A DNA stretch of 64,000 nt from Candidatus Latescibacterota bacterium (GTDB taxonomy: Bacteria > Latescibacterota > UBA2968 > UBA8231). Below, piece after piece: positions 62,420 through 64,000 of the stretch. The stretch covers positions 3,648,001-3,712,000 of the forward strand of contig OZ242005.1 in assembly GCA_965204725.1 (NCBI GenBank), in the 5' to 3' direction. Below the pieces are notes generated by a model. It was not told the DNA's origin. It ran no database searches and saw only the letters and a list, made by a program, of their open reading frames with translations. The translations under genes were made by a program, and so were the position numbers. Position 1 is the stretch's first letter. Each line of letters begins with the position of its first letter.

Positions 62420-63595
62420 TCAGGAAATTATCTCACCGGCCCACAGCGACTGTAAAAACGCTTTCCAAGGCACAATGCGAATTGGGCCGACGACTCGCTC
62501 GGCCGGTTCGTTGCAAACGACAAGTGCTTTTTTTGGTATGTATTCGTCGATAAATGCGCGTAGAGGTCGAAGGGCCTTATCTTCGACTTGGCGCGTGCCC
62601 TTTACCTCAATGGCCACCTCGCCGTTGCCCAGCACAAAGTCAACCTCTAGCCCCGACTTGGTGCGCCAAAAATGGATGTCGTACTGTAATGCACTATAAG
62701 AAGTGTGTGCTCTCAATTCGCAAAAAATAAAGTGCTCAAACGCCTTGCCGAAAACTGCGCCTTGGGCGTCCTGCAAATGTCGTCTCGCAAGCACTCCGGC
62801 CACGCCCACGTCGAATAAGTAGAACTTAGATGCTCTCGAAATGACTTGGCGACTTTGCCGCCTCTTGAAAGGTGGGACCGTGCTGCCCAAAAGCGTATCG
62901 ACGAGAATCTGATAATACTCTTTCACGGTCTTGGAACTCACACCGCACTCTCGGGCGATATTGGAAAAGTTGGTCAACTCGCCGTGCGAGTATCCCATCG
63001 CCTCAAAAAATCTGGAAAATGCCGGAATATCGCGCGTCAAGCCCTCGGCAAAAACCTCTTCCTTCAGGTAATCTTGCAGATATGCGTTCAGAGAACGGCG
63101 GTACTGAACACTGGCAAAGTGATCGGGGATCAGACCGCGATTCAAGATCGTCAAAAGATCTATATCGCCGTCATTCAATTCGTCCGTCACCAACGGAAAC
63201 ATTTCGTAACGCCAAGCGCGTCCGCCGAGCAAATTAGCTCGTCCCCGCTTGAGCTTGCGCGCACTGGAACCACACAAGACAAAACGCAGCCTCTTGTTTT
63301 CGATGAGCCAATGCACTTCATCCAACAAGAGCGGCACGCGCTGCACTTCGTCCAAGAGGATCGGATGCGCCAGCAATGCTTCGGGTTGTGCGAGTAGCTG
63401 TTCGCGTAGCAGGGCTGGCCGCCGGTTGAATTCCAGCATCAAATCCGTCTTTAGAAAATCATAGACTAGGCTGTTGGGAAACGCCTGTTTGAGATAGGTG
63501 GATTTACCCGTCTTGCGCGGCCCCCACAAGAAGGCTGACTGCCGATTGGGCAAGTCCATCTCCAATCGCCGCCGATACTGAACCATTTTGAACAT
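62420..63595 (-). CDS. AAA_14 + DUF4143 ATP-binding protein
   Basis: GPRKTGKST, LDEVQ, GSS, KFYLFDVG, EVDFV...IEVK. Confidence 0.9.
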   Translation of the reverse strand: MFKMVQYRRRLEMDLPNRQSAFLWGPRKTGKSTYLKQAFPNSLVYDFLKTDLMLEFNRRPALLREQLLAQPEALLAHPILLDEVQRVPLLLDEVHWLIENKRLRFVLCGSSARKLKRGRANLLGGRAWRYEMFPLVTDELNDGDIDLLTILNRGLIPDHFASVQYRRSLNAYLQDYLKEEVFAEGLTRDIPAFSRFFEAMGYSHGELTNFSNIARECGVSSKTVKEYYQILVDTLLGSTVPPFKRRQSRQVISRASKFYLFDVGVAGVLARRHLQDAQGAVFGKAFEHFIFCELRAHTSYSALQYDIHFWRTKSGLEVDFVLGNGEVAIEVKGTRQVEDKALRPLRAFIDEYIPKKALVVCNEPAERVVGPIRIVPWKAFLQSLWAGEIIS

Positions 63596-63687
63596 TCCTC
63601 CAAATTAGTCGAACTTTTTTGGAGTTTAGTCCAAAACGGAAAGCCTGTCAAGCTGCGACGGGCGACGCATCCCCCATGTACACGGGA

Positions 63688-64000
63688 TTAGACTCGGAGT
63701 AGTCGAGGCAACGTTGAAATGTCGTCGATAACCGCAATTTTGGCGGTCTCATTGAATTCGGTCTCGCTCGTAGCACCTGATAGTACCGCAATAAAGGGCA
63801 CCTTGGCCCGCTCGGCCGCTAGCGCATCAACTGTACTGTCGCCAACGTACAGTACGTCATCCGTATCCACTTGCATTCTAGACATGGCGGCTATCAAACC
63901 ACTAGGATGCGGCTTGTGCTCATTTACATCCTCTCCGCCTATGATGACGCGAAAGCGATCCAATAGCCCTTCCCTTGCTAGAATCTCCTCAATTCTATAG
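63688..64000 (-). CDS. HAD-family hydrolase, 3' part (start outside window)
   Basis: KPHPSG and YVGDSTVD motifs. Confidence 0.85.
   Translation of the reverse strand, partial: YRIEEILAREGLLDRFRVIIGGEDVNEHKPHPSGLIAAMSRMQVDTDDVLYVGDSTVDALAAERAKVPFIAVLSGATSETEFNETAKIAVIDDISTLPRLLRV

Overview
GC-rich bacterial chromosomal window. The gene content suggests an FCB-group organism such as Ca. Latescibacterota, which is inference only: multiple Gfo/Idh/MocA, PhyH-type dioxygenase and sulfatase genes, and a secreted protein ending in a YPNPFNP FlgD/T9SS-like domain. About 1-46 kb and 59-64 kb are mostly housekeeping and catabolic genes (hisGDB, rdgB, ABC exporter pair, guaB, selD, katG, DAHP synthase, fhs, glycosyltransferases). 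These are punctuated by REP-like hairpins, an IS5-like MITE family and short patches of gene debris. Two selenoprotein genes are missed or truncated by the ORF track: a 77-aa Rdx/SelW protein (CxxU) and SelD (CGGU), each with a SECIS-like hairpin after the UGA. One PhyH paralog has an HxG, halogenase-like iron motif. The most unusual region is 46.1-59.2 kb, a decaying triple tandem locus. It pairs (i) a 1485-aa Ig/Calx-beta-like surface protein whose N-terminal domains carry very long loops grafted onto the scaffold, plus two 5'-truncated copies of its constant part, with (ii) a family of membrane-anchored coiled-coil proteins built combinatorially from 7-, 11- and 18-aa modules. Three of the coiled-coil genes share a promoter and hairpin. 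A low-GC Ser/Thr kinase is inserted in the middle. No rRNA, tRNA, CRISPR array, integrase or reverse transcriptase was found.
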